DNA from: Eledone cirrhosa
Lineage: Eukaryota
Direction: 5' to 3'
DNA: 64,000 nt
Assembly: GCA_964016885.1 (NCBI GenBank)
Contig: OZ024753.1
Coordinates: 26,660,001 to 26,724,000 of the forward strand
The notes below the pieces were generated by a model, which was not told where the DNA came from, made no database searches, and saw nothing but the letters and a program-made list of their open reading frames with translations. This document shows positions 61,773-64,000 of this stretch, piece by piece; position 1 is the stretch's first letter, and the number at the start of each line of letters is the position of its first letter. The position numbers and the translations under genes were made by a program.

Positions 61773-63785
61773 GGTTGGGTTTGGGGTTGGGGTTGGTAGT
61801 GGGGTTAGGGTTTGGGTTTGGGTTAGGGTTAGGGTTAGGGCTTGGGTTTGGTTTCGGGTTAGGGTTAGGGTTAGGGTTAATGTTAAGGTTTGGGTTAGGG
61901 TTTGCGTTAGGGTTACGATTAGGGTTTGGGATAGGGTTACGGTTAGTTTTAGTGTAAGGGTTAGGGTCAGGTTTAGGGTTACGGTTTGGGTTAGGGTTAC
62001 TGTTAGTGTTTGGGTTAGGGTTAGGGTTTGGGTTTGCGTTAGGGTTCGAGTTAGGGTTTGGGTTTGGGTTTGAGTTTGGTTTAGCTTTAGGGTTAGGGCT
62101 AGCGTTAGGGTTATGGTTAGCGTTAGGGTTAGGGTTAGTGTTTGGGTTGGGGTTGCGGTGGGGTTGAGGTGCGGGTTAAGGTTGGGGTAAGTGTTGAGGT
62201 TAGGGTTAGGGTTAGGGTTAAAGATAGTGTTAGAGTTAGGGTTGGGGTTACGGTTAGCGTTGGGTTTAGGGTTGGGGTTAGAGTTAGGGTTATGTTTAGG
62301 GTTAGGGTTAGGGTTAGGGTTGGTTTACGGTTAGGGTTATGGTTGGTGTTGGGTTTGGTGTTGGTGTTAGCGTTGGTGTTAGGGTTAGGGTTAGAGTTAG
62401 GGTTAGGGTTAGGGTTGGGTTAGTGTTGGGGTTGGCTTTAGGTTAGGGTTAGGGTAAGGGTTAGGGTTAGGGTTATGGTTGGGGCTAGGATTGGTGTTGG
62501 GGTTGAGGTTGGGGTTAGTGTTAGTGTTAGACTTAGAGTTAGGGTTAGGGTTAGTGTTGGGGTTGGGGTTGGCATTGGGGTTGGGGTTGGTGTTGGGGTG
62601 GGGTGGGTGTTTGTGTGGGGGGTTAGGGGTGGAGTTAGGCTACGGTTAGGGTTCAGGTCAGGTTTAGTGTTGGGGTTTGGGTTTGGGTTAGGGTTAGGTT
62701 TTGTGTTTGGGTTAGGGTTAGCGATAAGGTTAGGGTTAGGGTTAGGGTTGGTGTTGGGTTTGGTGTTGGTGTTAGCGTTGGTGTTAGGTTTGGGGTTAGA
62801 GTTAGGGTTAGGGTTAGGGTTGGGTTAATGTTGGGGTTGGCTTTAGGTTAGGGTTAGGGTAAGGGTTAGGGTTAGGGTTATGGTTGGGGCTAGGATTGGT
62901 GTTGGGGTTGAGGTTGGGGTTAGTGTTAGTGTTAGACTTAGCGTTAGGGTTAGGGTTAGTGTTAGGGTTGGGGTTGTCGTTGAGGTTGGGGTTGGGGTGG
63001 GTGGGGTGGGTGGGGGTGGGGGTTAGGGGTGGAGTTAGGCTACGGTTAGGCTTCAGGTCAGGTTTAGTGTTGGGGTTTGGGTTAGGGTTAGGTTTTGTGT
63101 TTGGGTTAGGGTTAGCGATAAGGTTAGGGTTAGGGTTTGTGTTAGGGTTTGGGTTTGGGTTTGGGTTAGGGTTAGTTTTATGTTTAGGGTTATTATTTAT
63201 GTTAGGGCTCGGGTTAGGATTAGGGTTAGGGTTAGGGTTTGGGTTAGGACTTGGGTTAGGGTTTTTGTTAGGGTTACTGCTAGGGTTAGGGTTTGGATTT
63301 GGGTTACGGTTAGTGTTTGGTTTAGTGTTAGGGTTAGAGTTAGGCTTAGTGTTAGTGTTAGGGTTACGTTTCCGGTTGGGGTTGCGGTTGGGGTTGCGGT
63401 TGGGGTTAGCGTTGGGGGATAGAGTTTGGGTTAGGTTTAGTGTTAGGGTTAGGGTTTGGGTTAGGGTTAATGTTAGGGTTGGGGTTAGGGTTAGGGTTTG
63501 GGTTCGGGCTACGGTTGGGGTTGGGGTTGGGTATTAGCGTTGGTGATAGGGTTGGGGTTAGGGTTGGGGTTAGTGTTTGGGTTAGGGTTAGGGTTAGCGT
63601 TAGGATTAGTGTTAGGGTTAGGGTTAGGGTTTGGGTTAGGGTTAGGGTTAGTGTTAGGATTAGTGTTAGGGTTAGGGTTAGGATTACGTTTGCGGTTGTG
63701 GTTGGGGTTAGCGTTGGGGATAGGGTTGGGGTTAGAGTTAGGGTTAGGGCTAGGGTTAGGGTTAGGGTTAGTTTTAGGGTTAGGG
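61773..63785 (+). repeat. Degenerate (TTAGGG)n array containing a ~405-bp tandem duplication (62341-62745 / 62746-63135)
   Basis: GGTTGGTGTTGGGTTTGGTGTTGGTGTTAGCG at 62341 and 62746; GGAGTTAGGCTACGG occurs twice. Confidence 0.9.
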
Positions 63786-64000
63786 CTAATGCTTGGTGTT
63801 GGGGTTTAAGTCTAAGCCTAAGGATTGGGTTTGGGGTTTCATTCTATGTCTTAGGCTTGGGCGTTGGGGTTTAAGTCTAAGTCTAATGCTTGTGGAACTC
63901 TAATCCGGGCGGAAGGCAGCAGGAGGCATGAGGCCTCGTGTCGCGTATACACGCCGCCTTGCCGCCTGCCTTTCCCGGCAGCGACTCGCAAGCGTACGTG
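63786..64000. repeat. CpG-rich island, copy 3 (core from 63890; runs off the window end)
   Basis: Same leader and AACTCTAATCCGGGCGGAAGGC...CCGGCAGCGACTCGCAAGCGTACGTG. Confidence 0.9.

Noticed and set aside
1-64000. Head-to-head telomere fusion site, or CRISPR-like repeat-spacer array
   Set aside because: No switch to CCCTAA on the + strand anywhere; no unique spacers or cas genes, and the context is eukaryotic.

Overview
Eukaryotic (animal-type) DNA. About 94% of the window is a degenerate (TTAGGG)n telomere-like satellite, with the G-rich strand on + throughout. It is built from in-phase hexamer variants organised into recurring 'words' and nested higher-order duplications with periods of about 0.2, 0.3, 0.4, 0.6, 0.75-0.86, 2.2, 3.9, 6.9 and 17.5-17.8 kb. 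Two kinds of non-telomeric sequence interrupt it. (1) A young, 5'-truncated RTE-clade non-LTR retrotransposon (40594-43318) with an uninterrupted RT ORF, a C4HC3 PHD-like finger inserted inside the RT domain, a structured 3'UTR and a (GAT)7 tail; its empty target site is preserved in the neighbouring duplicate at ~47657. (2) Three copies of an unidentified ~400-bp CpG-rich island (50387-50802, 61381-61772, 63890->64000) with conserved hairpin/pseudoknot potential. All other ORFs in the track are Val-Arg, Gly-Leu or antisense translations of the repeat and are not supported as genes. The RTE 3'UTR resembles, from memory, an octopus repeat family (unverified). Duplication boundaries were read by eye and are approximate.
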